Shown piece after piece: positions 18,327-31,982 of a stretch of 64,000 nucleotides of DNA. The stretch is taken from NCBI RefSeq assembly GCF_000181795.1, contig NW_003526941.1, positions 5,309,053 through 5,373,052 of the forward strand. Direction: 5' to 3'. The stretch comes from Trichinella spiralis. Its lineage: Eukaryota. Below the pieces are notes generated by a model, which was given only the letters and a program-made list of their open reading frames with translations, searched no databases and was not told where the DNA came from. Position 1 is the stretch's first letter. Every line of letters starts with the position of its first letter. Made by a program: the position numbers and the translations under genes.

Positions 18327-21300
18327 CGAAAGCCACCGGCCACTTTCTCGCATTTGTTTTTATCTTCTAGGTTACCTTTTGTCAGGTATATATATATATA
18401 TATATATATATATGCTTGTCGTACACCAAAAACAATGGCTTTCATTATTTTTTGCTTCACGCTCATTGACTTTTGGATTTATTTATTGCGAATTGGTATT
18501 CAATCTTTTTTTTTTCACGTTCATACACACCTATCCATTTACATCTACACACACACACGTACGTACGTATACATACATGTATGAATATACGCTTATTTAT
18601 TTATTTATTTATGTTAATTTATTTTTTCTATTTACGAAAAGTTACTTGGCGTCTTGGGAACTTGATAATGTTTACGTTTCTTCATCAGTGTCTTTTTAAT
18701 GCTTTTCTCTTTAAATTGTGAAGTGAGAAGAAAATTTAGTAAATCCCTTTAGTAAAGAAGAATCGTTTGTGAACGTTGCGTTTATTATATCCGCACATTG
18801 TGCTATTTCAAATATTGTAGATGGTAATTATTGTGCAAAATGTTTTTATTTTTAGAATTAACAGTACTATTTTGAAGGGAATTTCAATTTCCGTTATTCT
18901 TGTCCTGGCTTCTATGTTTGTAAAATTTTCCTCGAGAGCGGCCTACTAGTGGCACCTAACCTCCGCACAAAATGCAACTGTTCAAGCAACTTGAAACTTA
19001 TAGCTTCCGTATGGTTTTCAGCACTAATTAGGAAACTGTATTACATCCATTTTAGAATTTTAGAATAATAAGACAACTGACATTTTATAATTGAAAATAA
19101 TTTTACGTAATGAAATTTATTAATTGATTGCTAAGGTAATTCTTCTAAGCAGATGTATTCTTTCATGTCTGTTATTATTGTGTTAAGTGATCTTTGTCTT
19201 TTTATATTTTAATTAGCAGTGTAAATTGTGAAACTTTATACGGAAAAGCAAACTGGGGAAAATTTTTTGTAAAATAACATTCCACACGACATGACAAACC
19301 AACACGTTAAAGTAGTTGTCATAATAACATGATATATTTTCATAACAATGTAAGGATCGATTTGACAAACGCTATCCGCTGACAGAAAATTCTTGGTACT
19401 GATTGGTGAGTTTTGATTGTTTCTTCCGCCTTCAAGTCTGCAAAGTAAATTTGTCGTTCTTCTTTCTGGCTTCATCTGTGCGGCTGTGCATTGTACTCAC
19501 ACTTATGCTGCTGATTTGCATTGATGATGATGTACTTGTCATATTTTACGCAGTCTCGCCAACTTTCAAAATATTATACTGTGCAGTGAGTCAAGAATAT
19601 TGAATGAAGAATTGTATAATAAATTGTCCATATTATGCGTAAGTATGTTTTTGTTATGCTTTTCAATGTTATGAATGGACGCGTTATTGAATGATATTGA
19701 TGTTGATTTATCCACATTTGAAGTGCATGGCAGTTTCATGGATAACAAATAAAGCATGTTGACATGGCAGCGTTGACATTTGGTCATTTGGTTTTTATGA
19801 CCAGCACGTGAAGAATTAAACAAATGTAAAAATTTCAAAGTCGAAATTTTTTCTGAAATGATAAAAATTTGAAAGTTACATTTAGATAACATTCATTATT
19901 AGGGAGCACTGTCTGTGAAGCTAGCTTCACACCATCAGTTAACAGCAGTGAACGCTTCTCGATTATAGTTTCTGGAATCTCCTGATCTGGTTTTGAGACT
20001 ATATTTTAAAATATATTCAACAATTATTAAACTAACTTGTGGTATGGAATTCAGTTGTGGCAAAAATGTTACATTTTCATCGACTCTTGCAAATGGTAAG
20101 TATCGATTTTCTTATTTCACAGATATTTTTAAGTTGATTATTTTATTCCTGCTTAGAAACCTAAGCTATTCTTTCTTATTAGTTTTATTTTCTATTCTGG
20201 AGTTTCTAAGACAATGAAGTATCGAAACTGTCGGAAGATGCATTCTGCAGTGTTAGCGATTATTCACTGATAGCTTATTTGTGTTCCTTTAAACGGAATA
20301 AACTTTGCTCTGTTCGGTCAAGTCTAGGTCACCTTCCTTTTATTTTACTTAATTCTTGGATCATAATTACTGTAAAATTACATATTGACTTTCAAGTGCA
20401 AGTTATTCAGCAATTTGTTGATGTTCATTAGTTACTGTAATCTACCGTAGTGAAAAATTAGCAAGGATCTTCAGTATTTAAGAATAGTTGATTTGGGCTT
20501 TTGAATATTCCATATCCCATACTATGTTGATGATGTCTCTGCTTTGCACGGATAAACTGTAATTTTTAGAATAATCAAGAATAGAAATGTCAGAAAAGTG
20601 ATCCGCTGTAGTTCTGGTATTTAAATGGCATTGGTCTCTCTTGTTGCCTTTATTATTGACGGCAGTTCGGCAGTTTTCTTCTGCGTGAACATGTGCGTAT
20701 ATAATCTGTAGACGATTTAGAAACAATTCCTACAATTTTTCGTTATTGAAATGAATAGAATCGAAAGTTATCAAATGAAAATAGAGAGCGTATAAGAATT
20801 GTATTTTTCATTCGATTGCACATTATCTGTTATGATGATTTCAGAAAATCGAAAGCAAATAAACGGAAAATGCACCCATAAAAATTTTCATGAACTTTCC
20901 AATATAAGCAAGTACAACGCCTAATTTTTATTTCGTTGAGCAAACATAATGTAAAATCACATTATTATTGAGCCGTATACTAGATAGAAGTATACAATAT
21001 TAAGGACTGTATTACTCCTCACATCTAGATACCATTAGATAACCCAAATGAAGCAGAATGACTATAGTTGTTAATTTAGTCCAAAAGCTGTGGTCAGGTG
21101 CAATTATTTTTCATCATTGTTGGGCGTCGACTCGTTAACATGCAAATTTTCAACAGTCGCCTTGACGCTTGTTTGCTTTGCATCTATAGCATACCACAAG
21201 CCCGAACTTTTAATATGTGTGTGAAACTTCATTTAATTTGTTTTTTAACAATTCAATGGCATCTATCGTCAGGAATAACATAATTATTATTATTGTAAAG

Positions 21301-22717
21301 TTGCAACTCATTTAACCCGTTTCCTGTGATTTTAGATTAAAAGTCGTGAAAATTTTTGTTTGCTTAACGTACTGAAAAGCAGCTACAGTAGGACTTGTTT
21401 ACGAGAAAATGTATGCAAATTTTTATTCCACTGCTATACGTACGCTCACGTGGCTTCAGTTCAAGGCGTATGGTGTACGGTGCGAGTGCAAAGGAGTTTT
21501 CCCTGCGATGAAGATCATGGAATAACATTGTAAATGGCTTTGATTTTTTTTGTATGATTATTACATTATTTTATTTAATTAATTCTTGTACATTCAGAAA
21601 CACGAGAATGGAATATGGACGTGAACGATAAAAAGACTGCGTGTGGTAAGTTTGGCATGTATAACGGTGCCTTATTATCACTAACCGCCCAGTTGCTTGT
21701 TTCATTTACGTGGCAAACACAACTAGTAGCGTCGTAAAACGTTCTCTGAATTTATTGTGGCGTTAATTAGTTGTTGTAGTTGCCGTTTTTAATTGCAGAA
21801 AAGTAATTTGCTTTTCAATTTGTGTTGCTTTTCTTCCAAAAATTGTGTATGCTTATTTTGTAAATGTTACTTTTCAGTTAAAATCCACTTAATTAATTAG
21901 GTAAGAATTGATCTTTACGAGAATTTCCATCTTGCTTAAATTACTTTGAACAAACACTGCGCGCGTTGTGTCCGTCCCTTAAGCACATCAACAGCTGTTG
22001 CAAATTACCTTTTCAGTAGCCAAAGCAGCATTTGAGTGAAAATCTCTTAATTTAAAGCGTCTCTTTCAAAGAAATTGACTTGACTTTTTGTGCACGTTGT
22101 TATTCTATTTTGAAATTTTTCTGACATGCGGCGGGTAGACATGTTTTGTTTAAGTCCATATTTTTGTTATAGTGTTCTGTCAGGTAGTTTTTATTTTGGC
22201 TAAACGGGGGCGACACGAAGCAGAACGCGGACAGTACGAAGTAGAACAAAAGAAGACAGCAGGTGCATGCGGTTAGCCGTCGGTCCGAATTGTGTTAGTC
22301 TCGGCGGCGGATAATTCGAAAGGGTGAAGTTATATTTTATTTTAATTAAGTCAACGACAAATTTACATGGCTGAGTTTTGAATTAGTGCGGTACCTGTGA
22401 CCTATCACGCAGCAAAATTACTGTACGCAATTCTTGTGTGTTGAAATAATTTTTGAACTTATTTTGTAATTTTTGTTCATCTTTTGTTTTTGTATTTTAC
22501 ATATATATTTATTTTTATTTAGTTTTTGAAACAAAATTATGTTTACTTTTATTTTTATTTTTTTGAAAATGTTTTTCGTTTTAATTGATTGAAACTTTAC
22601 TTTTGTCTCTTATTTTGCACATTCTTATTGATTTTTTAATTTTTCCAATTACTATGTATATTATTTTATTTTGGCATTAGCTCAATAAAATTGACAAATA
22701 AAACTTTGCGTATACTA

Positions 22718-23155
22718 CCACTCTTCAAAGGGCGGAAGAGGGGGTGGCAGGCGGGTAAACCACTCTTCAAAGCTTACGGAGCTCAGTTTCAGACTCAAAC
22801 TTCTACGGAGCTTAAAGATAGTTTGTATATATATATATATACGGAGTTGAAAGACAGTTTGTATATATATACAGAGTTTAAAGACAGTTTGTATGTATAT
22901 ATATACGGAGTTGAACCACTCTTCAAAGGGCGGAGGAGGGGGTGGCGGGCGGGTATACGGAGCTTAAAGATAGTTTATATATATATACGGAGTTGAAAGA
23001 CAGTTTGTATATATGTACCGAATTGAAAGACAGTTTGCATATATTCCTCACGGAGTTGAAAGACAGTTTGTATATATATACGGAGTTCAAAGACAGTTTG
23101 TATATCTACACGGAATTGAAACAGTTTACAGAAGCTCCGTTGACAGAAAGTTTAT
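22718..23155. repeat. Minisatellite of ~30-bp units interleaved with a repeated G-rich block
   Basis: About 9 imperfect copies of acggagttgaaagacagtttgtatatatat from 22805 to 23128. ccactcttcaaag occurs three times (~22718, 22760, 22916), twice followed by ggcgga(a/g)gagggggtggc(a/g)ggcgggta. The array ends at an N-gap. Confidence 0.9.
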
Positions 23156-23165
23156 NNNNNNNNNN

Positions 23166-26100
23166 GTAACATTATCTCCTCCTGCAACTGCTGTTCCGGT
23201 AACAAAGGTTTTGGCGGTTTTCCGAATTTTTTTTCTTCAAACCGTTGGCAAAACCTTCTTGCCTTTGCTTCCATTGCCGGATGATCCACATTTTGTAAAG
23301 CAACATGTACCACCTCCGACTGTGCATCCATCTGGCAGAAGTATGAGTTCTGTTTCAGGTCATGGAATTGGCAGTTCACCAATCTCAGAAGTGCAGCACA
23401 ATTTTGCAGGTTTACAATATCCAATTTCTTCACCCATTAATGCCATTATTCCGGATATGGGGAATTTAAACTTGAATGCGGTATGAACTTATTTGAACAT
23501 TCATTTATGAGTTATCTTTTGTGAAAATTTAAAAATTCGCAGGTTTCACCAACTCGCACAGCAGTAGTAGATCTTTTGCAAGAAAAGCACCCTATTCCGT
23601 CGGAATGTCTCGAACCTCCGGTTGTTACCCTGCCTAGACCGTATGATCGTGATTTGGAGAGCAGTGACTCAAGGTGAAATTCTGTTGTTGAAATTGCATC
23701 AGTTGTGCATCATATGGATATACATTTTTTTTCCATATTAGCGTTTTACGGTGCACACTTGCTGCAGTGCCAGAATCGCCATCGGTTTTGAAAAAATGTC
23801 GCCTGCCATTGGGTTTAATAGTGCATCCTTTTAAAGATTTGAAAAAATTGGTCATGGTCGAAACGTCAATAATTGTCCGATGTCGTAGTTGTCGGGCTTA
23901 CATAAATCCGTATGTTCGTTTTGTGGACCGTAACTGGAACTGCAATATATGCGGTCGCGCAAATCGTTGTAAATAATGGATTTTCTCTTTTTTATTTTAA
24001 TTTAAATAATATCACAAACAAACATTAATAATTTTAAAAGAAAGTTTTTAAAAAAATCTTTCCCATAGTACCGGACGAATTTTATTATAATCCGCAAACT
24101 GGCAAAGTTGGCGATCCTAGTCTGCGTCCTGAAATTCAGAATTCATCAATCGAATTCATCGCCCCTGCCCATGAATATGAAGTAAGAAAATTTGAAATTG
24201 CAATTATTTGTGTTGCTTTTTTTCTGATTTTTTGTTTTTTTTGTCATTACGATAGAATCGACCTCCGCAGCCTGCTTGTTACATTTTTATTTTGGATGTT
24301 TCAGCACGCGCTGTACAATCAGGTACATGTTTCTTTTCTTTTTTTTCTACAACATATGCATGACATAATTTAAAGATGTTGGAAAATATTGTTTTCAGTA
24401 ATCTAAGCAATTTATCTGTTTATTTATTTTAAATGAAATTATTTTTTTATGAAAGTTAAAAGTGAATTTAGAACTAGACAAGAAGGTCAGAAGAAATTTA
24501 TAATGCATGTATAGCGTAAGAGATGCGTATAGATAGATGCAGTGTATGTTAGATATCTTTCATTCGCAAATCTATGTTGTGATGGTGAAAATATAGGTTT
24601 TATAGCCTTACAAAGTGAATTTTATCTTGTTGGCAGTGAATATGATGGTTTTCTTTTTTCTTTTCTTTTTATTTATCAAGTTACTTGCTTATTTTCAGGC
24701 TATCTTGTAATATTTCGAGATGTGCTCTTAGAAAGTTTACGATTGCTTCCTGGAGATAATCGAACCATAATCGGTTTCATTGCAGTTGATTCCTTTTTGC
24801 ATTTTTTTCAGCTGAGAGAAAATTTGAAACCCAAAGAATTTGTCGTTTCTGATGTCGATGGTTTGTAGGCATTTGTTTATTTGTCTGTCTGGTTTGGAAG
24901 GTTTGGTGGTATATTCTAATTTTTGAATGTACATTTTTACAGATATCGTTATGCCATCCAAAAGTTTTCTCTTATTTTACCTCGACGACTCAATTAATGT
25001 TAGTTCGTTTGTGTGTGGTTGTTTTAATTTTTAATCATCTCTTGTTGTGCGTTTAGGCTGTGGAAAGCTTTTTGAACGACTTGCCCGAACGTTTCGCTGA
25101 TAACACTGATCCGAAATGTGCCCTCGGCTCAGCCATTACGGCCGGATTCGAATTAATCGTAAGAAATGAACAATGGCTAATCAGCTATATATATATATAT
25201 ATATTTTATGCCGCTTTTTCTTTAGGCTACAATTGGCGGACGTTTGACTGTTTTTCAAACAGTTCTACCGGACATTGGTAATGGTTCGCTGACAAGTCGT
25301 GAAGATCCCAATTTAAGAGCTGCAAAAGTTTGCTCGTTTATTTTCATTTTACTTTTGCATACAATAAACATCAAGTCCATTATTCAGGAAGTGACCAACA
25401 TGAGTGCAGCGTCGGATTTTTACAAAAATCTGGCTTTGAAATGCACCGAAAGGATGATCGCTGTGGATCTGTTTGTTCTGGGTGACACATACGTCGATTT
25501 GGCTACAGTTTGTAAGAAATTTCAGTTTCATCAATTTAATGCAGTTTTTTCTTTTGAATTCAATTGCTTATGTAATATACTTTTAAGGTGATGTAGTGAC
25601 ATTCAGCTCGGGTAGTGTTTATTATTATCCAAATTTTGATGCTTGCTCCAATCCTATGGAAATGGAACGTTTCCGGTCCGATTTGGGACGCTATTTGCGC
25701 CGTAAGATTGGCTTTGAAGCGGTGATGCGAATTCGACTATCTTACGGTATGCTTTTTGTGTAAAACCGCGCCAAATAGAATCCACTGGTTGATTGATTGT
25801 CTTCTTTTTTTGCTGACCAAGGTTTGAGTGTACATTCATTTTTTGGAAACTTTTTCGTTTGTTCATCGAATATGGCAAAGCTGAGCAATGTCAATCCTGA
25901 TTCCGCATTCGGGGTTCTACTCAATTTGGATGACAACATTGACCAGCCGGTTGTTTGCATTCAGGCGGCAGTACTCTACTCTACATGTCACGGTATGCAT
26001 GCACACATAACTACCAGTAGTGGTGCTATTTAATAAAATAACAGTATGTAAATGATGTGAATTTAGTTTATTATTATTATTATTGAGTATGAGATAATAA

Positions 26101-27516
26101 ATTTTTTAAAGTATTTTATACACATGAAAATGTTGTTCAGTGAATTAGTATTTTTTTTCTTAACAGGGCAACGTCGAATTCGCGTGCACACGATCTGCTT
26201 GCCAACGTCGGAATCGATTTTGGAAATTCACAACGCAGCCGATTTGCCGGCTATAATAGCATTAATATCTAGAATGGGTTAGATAGAATTTGTTTTTTTT
26301 CTTTTCTTGCAAAGTTTGCAATCGAAAAGAAAAGCCACATTTGTTTAGCTGTTGATCGTTGTTTGTATCAACAAGGGACAATTCAAATGGCACGAGAAGC
26401 TTCAGTTAATGCCGTTGTCGACTGCTTGTACGCATTTCGATCCGCCTCAGCATCCAGAGAATATGGAACACTGCTTTGCTCAAGAAATATGCGATTGTTT
26501 CCAATTTTCATTCTTGCCCTGTTGAAATGTGTCAGTTGATGAAATTTGTTGAGAGAAATCAATCTGCTGCAAAAATTTCTCCACTCTTCCCTCTTGATTT
26601 CTCTTTTTTATTTGTTTCTTTATTTTTTATTTATTAACATTTTTTTGTTCTTTTTCAGAAAGCATTTGCTCACGGTTACAGCATCAAGTTGGACCATCGA
26701 ATTTCTGCCATGTTGCAGTTCAAAATAATGCCCATATCGAACATGATATTGGAGCTTCATCCTAATTTGTATGCGTTGCATGCAATCAGCGAAACTGTGA
26801 GTGAGCAAATATATATATCAATATTTTTTATTTGTTAATTTCTTTTTGAAAATTCATTGATTCTAGCTCATGATTTATTTATATTTTATTTTAGAATCCG
26901 AATGCACCTTTACTGCCGTTGTCATTTGAAAAGATCGATCGTCATGGTTTGTACCTGATGGACACCGGCAGATATATGTACTTGTACGTTGGTCCAGGCA
27001 TCTCGGACACGCTTTGCAAGAGCATGTTTGGTGTCAACTCGTACAAAGAGATAAATTCTATGACGGTTAGAAAAGAGAATTCATTAATTAATTTTTTTTT
27101 TCTCATTTTTCTTCTGATTTGCCATTGCTCACTTTTGTTGGTCAGTAATTCAGGTGAATTTGGAGAACGACAATGCGATAAATGAGCACGGCATGCTGAT
27201 ATACAATTTCATGAGAAGCATAATCAGCGATAGACTTCAAAAAGTTCCAGTGCGAATCATAAAGTAATATATCATTAATTTCGCTTTCATTTTCTCATTC
27301 AAATATATATATATACTTTATTTATTTTACTCGGTTTAATTTTATCCGGTTTGTGTGTGTGTGTGTGTGGTAGTATCTATCTATGTTTATAATTTTAGAG
27401 AGGATAGTCCATCCAAAGAATTGTTTCTTACACACCTGATCGAGGATCGATCTGAAACATCGTTCAGTTACGTGGAATTTTTGAATTTTCTTCAAAAAGA
27501 AATTTGTGGAAAATGA
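23166..27516 (+). CDS. sec-24.2: COPII coat subunit Sec24A/B, 5' partial
   Basis: Multi-exon product with LPLGLIVHPFKD, zinc finger VRCRSCRAYINPYV...WNCNICGRAN, RPPQPACYIFILDVS trunk start, REDPNLRA, RKIGFEAVMRIR, QAAVLYSTCHGQRRIRVHTICLP and C-terminal LIEDRSETSFSYVEFL...CGK* (TGA 27514-27516). The start is not visible (gap 23156-23165). Confidence 0.94.
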
Positions 27517-27617
27517 AAAATCCAGAACAGAGTGCATTTGTTTATTGTGCAATAAAAGCGAGCTAATGGCATTATGCGAATTTTACACTGCAAACACGAA
27601 CAAAAAAATACATACAT

Positions 27618-27624
<7 letters not shown>

Positions 27625-27686
<62 letters not shown>
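27625..27686. repeat. (TA)n microsatellite between the convergent Sec24 and PhLP1 3' ends
   Basis: About 30 consecutive TA units, flanked by (CATA)/(CA) and (TTTG) repeats. Confidence 0.95.
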
Positions 27687-27692
<6 letters not shown>

Positions 27693-27849
27693 AGTTTGTT
27701 TGTTTGTTTGTTTGTATGTATGCAAGTAATTAGTATCGAATTTAGCAGATGACTTTCAGCGTTGGTACTGCCTTTCCTTTTCCGTGACTACTTTGCAAAA
27801 GGAGGAGGAGGAGATGAAGAACATGAGCTTTCTTTTCTCAAAACTACTG

Positions 27850-30481
27850 CTACTGACTGTCAGGAAGTCCTCCGTACCTTGAACAATTCAAGATGGAAGA
27901 ATTGAACATTCGAAATATTTGTCGTTCAACTGAACAACAACAACAAACAACACACTTACTCAATTAAAAAACGCTCTACATCTTCAGTTTCGAATTCATC
28001 TCCGAGGTAATCGATGATGCGAACAAAGTTCAACACCAGATCTTTGTTCTTGTAGGCTTGGAGAGTAGGTAGTCCTGCTTTACACTTAATTGAAAAAGAA
28101 ATTAGGATTATTTTTTATCCAAAAATTGGGAATTACAACATCAGTACTTATTTGCTACTTACAAACTCTCTGCTCATGCCAACTGCTGAAGCACGAAGAC
28201 GACAAAATTTGAACTGCGGATAAGATTCAGCCAATGCTTGGAAGCACTCGTCCATGGCAGCACAACCTTGAGCCTCCTGATAATCCCAATTGAATATTTC
28301 GTCAGTTGTATGTATATATAAGTAAATTTTTTCTTCTCCCTAACTTACGTCCTCATATATGTGGACAAATATCGTCGTCACGGCCGAATCCACATCCACA
28401 GCATTCAGCATATCTTCACGATGATTCAGTTCAAAGACGTGACCATAGGAGGCGCTGAAACTGTCCACAATTATAGTTCTGTTCTTTTACCTTTTTCATT
28501 TGGTGTTGTGGTAAGTTTGCAAAAGAACTTTTTCTATAATTTTACCTGTTTTGATGACCATACTTTTGGCCAAGTTCCTTCATACGCTTTTGTGCAAATT
28601 GCTTCAACAGTTCGTTGTCGTTTTCCAATTCGGCGAACACTTTTTCCTCATCTTCAACCTACAAAAGAGAACAGTTATATTACTATTAAGTGAAAGATTT
28701 CGATCGTTGAAAACTAGCATGCATGCATTTTCACTTGCTACCACTTACTGGCTGTTGGATGATGCATAATCTCTTGGCTGCTTCGACCAGCTTCTTATCC
28801 CGTTCCAAGTCCTCTTTGCACTTCATCTGCTTGTACAAGCGCCAGTCTTCGAGAACTCCTTTGGGACCGGTCTTAAATTCAAGAGTGAGTTTTCACTTTA
28901 TAAAAATTCAATACAAGCAGAATGCAACAAAGCCGCCATCAATGATGTCGTCAAAAAAAGAGAAATAAAAGCACTAGCGACGAATTTTTCGCTCTTCACT
29001 CGATAGTGGTAATTTCTTTTTTTCTTTCCCACACATTTTTTCTGCAATTTTCTTCTTTTTTTTCCTCTCCATTCTCGTCGTTTAAGCTTTAATGGACTAA
29101 TAATAATGGACAGATTAGCTAAGCATTGTCGGCAGATCGATTAGTTGAGCTGCGTGAAAAACGCTGCACAAGGTCAAGTGGAAAAAATCCATCGTTGGGA
29201 AGCAGGCCTAGATGGATGAGGCGGAAATCGATAAGTCAACTTCCGTTATGGAACAGAATTGCACGCCACGCTGACTGATGACAACAGTCCTGGTGCGTAA
29301 AATAAGCATGAAGTTCAGGAAATTGGAATGCATTAATAAAAGAAAATTTGTTATACAATTAATTCAACATTTGGCTTGGCTGTTCAATTTGATCACTTGG
29401 AAGAGCAGAAATGCAAGTCCATACTCAAAAAGTTGATCAATGTAAAATTTAATCATTGTCGTCGGGCCGAGCTGGTGCTACTACATTGTGCCTGTAAGCT
29501 GTGGAAAAATCGATACCCCATTCCCTCTCGGTAAATTATCTAAGCCGTTCACTTCCAGCAGTGTTATGTTGTACTTGTCTTTTTTTTCAAAAGAAAGCAA
29601 ATCATCGATTTGTCTGACAATTATTATTAATCGCTTATAAAAATTGTTTCTGTTTAACCCCCCCCCCTCTCAGTGAAGATTAAACTTTGTAACTTGCTTA
29701 GATCCGATTCGAAATGCAACTGATCAGTGTTTATGGAAACAGCATTCTGAACGAAGTGTTCAAGCAACTGGCAATTCTTTATTGCCAGTATTCACAAACA
29801 ACCAGCTTAAAGAAAACAAATCTCATACTAGAGTAGTGTTTCAGCTTGAAAAAAAAAACAGCTGCATACACTGAAGAAGCGAAAATGAAGAAAACAACTG
29901 ATGCCACAAGCATTATAGATGTTGGATGTTTAGACAAGTGTGGACGTAAATGTGTTTGGAATAAAGCATAACTTCCGATTCTTACACGTGCAGGCTATTA
30001 CGTAGAACGATGACGTGCGTAAAAATTGAAAAAAAATTGAAACTTTGTTGTACTCGACTCGAAAGTGATCTCAAAGCTCCGTGATGTTGAAACAAGTATG
30101 TATTCGTTATCTTATGTTTACAGAAAAGAATCTAACCATTATGAGGGCAGCGTTTAACAGGAAAGTTGTTTTTCAAGAAGAAATACGAGATAACCAATCT
30201 ACATTTTGCACATTATATAAATATATGTAGGTATGTATGTATACATGTTGCATTACAGATAAAAGAAGAAGAATTAGGTATTTCAGAAAACATACGTTGA
30301 TTGAAGAACCTCCGTTTGATGTCTCAGCAGTTCGTGGTGGAAGTTCCGCCGAAGTTGACACGGTTGGATTAGAGGCCATACATCCTTTGTCGTCATCACC
30401 ACCAGCTCCATCGTCGCTTTCACTGCTGCTGCAGTAATTATCTCGCACGTAACCAAGTATTTTATCTTCCAGAGAAACCAT
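27850..30481 (-). CDS. PDCL: Phosducin-like protein 1 (PhLP1; CCT co-chaperone for G-beta)
   Basis: First exon MVSLEDKILG...NYCSSSESDD; after a ~1.4-kb intron comes TGPKGVLEDWRLYKQ, then a thioredoxin-like domain (VDSFSASYGHVFEL...TIFVHIYE...GLPTLQAYKNKDLVLNFVRIIDYLGDEFETEDVERFLIEYGGLPDSQ*). Confidence 0.93.
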
Positions 30482-31982
30482 TGACGAAAGAAAAAATAAA
30501 CAAAAAGATGTGCACCCAACTACACCAGTGCTGACTACTAACGAAATCGTAAGATGAATTATTACAGTATGAAATGTTGGACGGCAGGTATAAATTTGAT
30601 ACGGTAGATGGTGAAAAAATTTTTTCAACGATTGCATAAATTTTAAGAAATGTAATTGATAACTAATATACGTTTAATTTACTTCAAATTTAACAGACTT
30701 TTTCTCGGTACTGCTTATTTATAACATCAGTAATTAAATTTAAACAGTCGTTCGAAAGGTGGATGTAAATAAATATTTAATGATTAATGTATATTACTTA
30801 TTGAAAAAAATTTTTCTACCTATTCTGCAATCAGTATATGTATTTTTTTGGTAAGACTGAAAAATAAGTACTCTTTTCAGTTTTAAATTGCCATATGAAA
30901 TGAAGTGTTTAATCGAATTTGAATGCAGAGTTTAGTTTTCATCTGATTTATAAGTTCGCAGTGATTTATAAGTTTATTGAAGCAGAACAGTTAATTATGC
31001 TTATATTCAGGCAGTTGCAGCAGATTTTAAACATTAATTAAATTATTTTTCGTCCTGAAGTTTACTGTTAAATTGTTTCTTTACTTTTTCCGATTTTGTT
31101 GAACAATTTTAAGTTTCTACTGTCCGTATGTATGTAACGTAAACTTGATTGTCATTATTATTAGAATTAAATCGATGATTTTTAAGAAAAATGCTGTTTT
31201 CAAAAAATTAAAAAAAAGAGTTAATTAAATTAAAGTTTTTCTCTTTAAAGCATATGAAAATGTGTGCCTCATTTTAAAGCTTGAAATGTACTACGCTATA
31301 ACTCCACGCATAGAAGTTTAAAGGGGAAATGTTTATCCTTATATATTATTTTATTAATTTTTTCGATGCTTTTCAAAGTGTAAAATATCTGGTTTGTAAA
31401 ATTCAAAATAATCTAATACTTTCAGCTTGATTGAAGTGATTTTATTGGGTTTCACTGTTTTTATTTCCATTATTATTTCATCGTTCCACTTACCAGTTCA
31501 TTTGTATTCGTAAAGTAATTGTTTATTGTACTTTTGTTTTTCTTCTTTGGAATACGTTTTTCGGTTGAATGATTTTACGAGTGATGATTTCGAACCCTGT
31601 GGTAATAGAATTTAAAAAAAAAGGCAACAAATTTTCTGTTGTTTACTTGCAGGCATATTGTTGTGCTTTGGTGCACAGTTGGAATGATGCTAACTGGCTT
31701 GTTAACGTCCAGTTGACCAAGCTCGTCGAATAAACAATCCGCGTAATTTAATCATCTGATAAATTGCTGCTAATTTTGCTTTGAAAAACAAAAATCAAAA
31801 TATAACCAAATACCATTTTACTCGAATAAAAACAGAAATGTAAAAAAAAGTTCAGTTCGATTTAAAACGTTACTCATAATTTATGGAGTGTTGAAGTGGA
31901 AAACTGTGCAGCTGGTAAATATGTAATGAATAAAAATAGCTCGTGCAGGTGGATTGTTTTGTTTTCGCATATGGATTTAGCA

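Noticed and set aside
22805..23128. Regularly spaced ~21-bp conserved motif resembling a CRISPR array
   Set aside because: The intervening sequences are short TA runs rather than unique spacers, there are no cas genes, and the context is eukaryotic. It is a minisatellite.
31560..31620. ttcgaaccc B-box-like motif suggesting a tRNA
   Set aside because: No cloverleaf stems or A-box around it.
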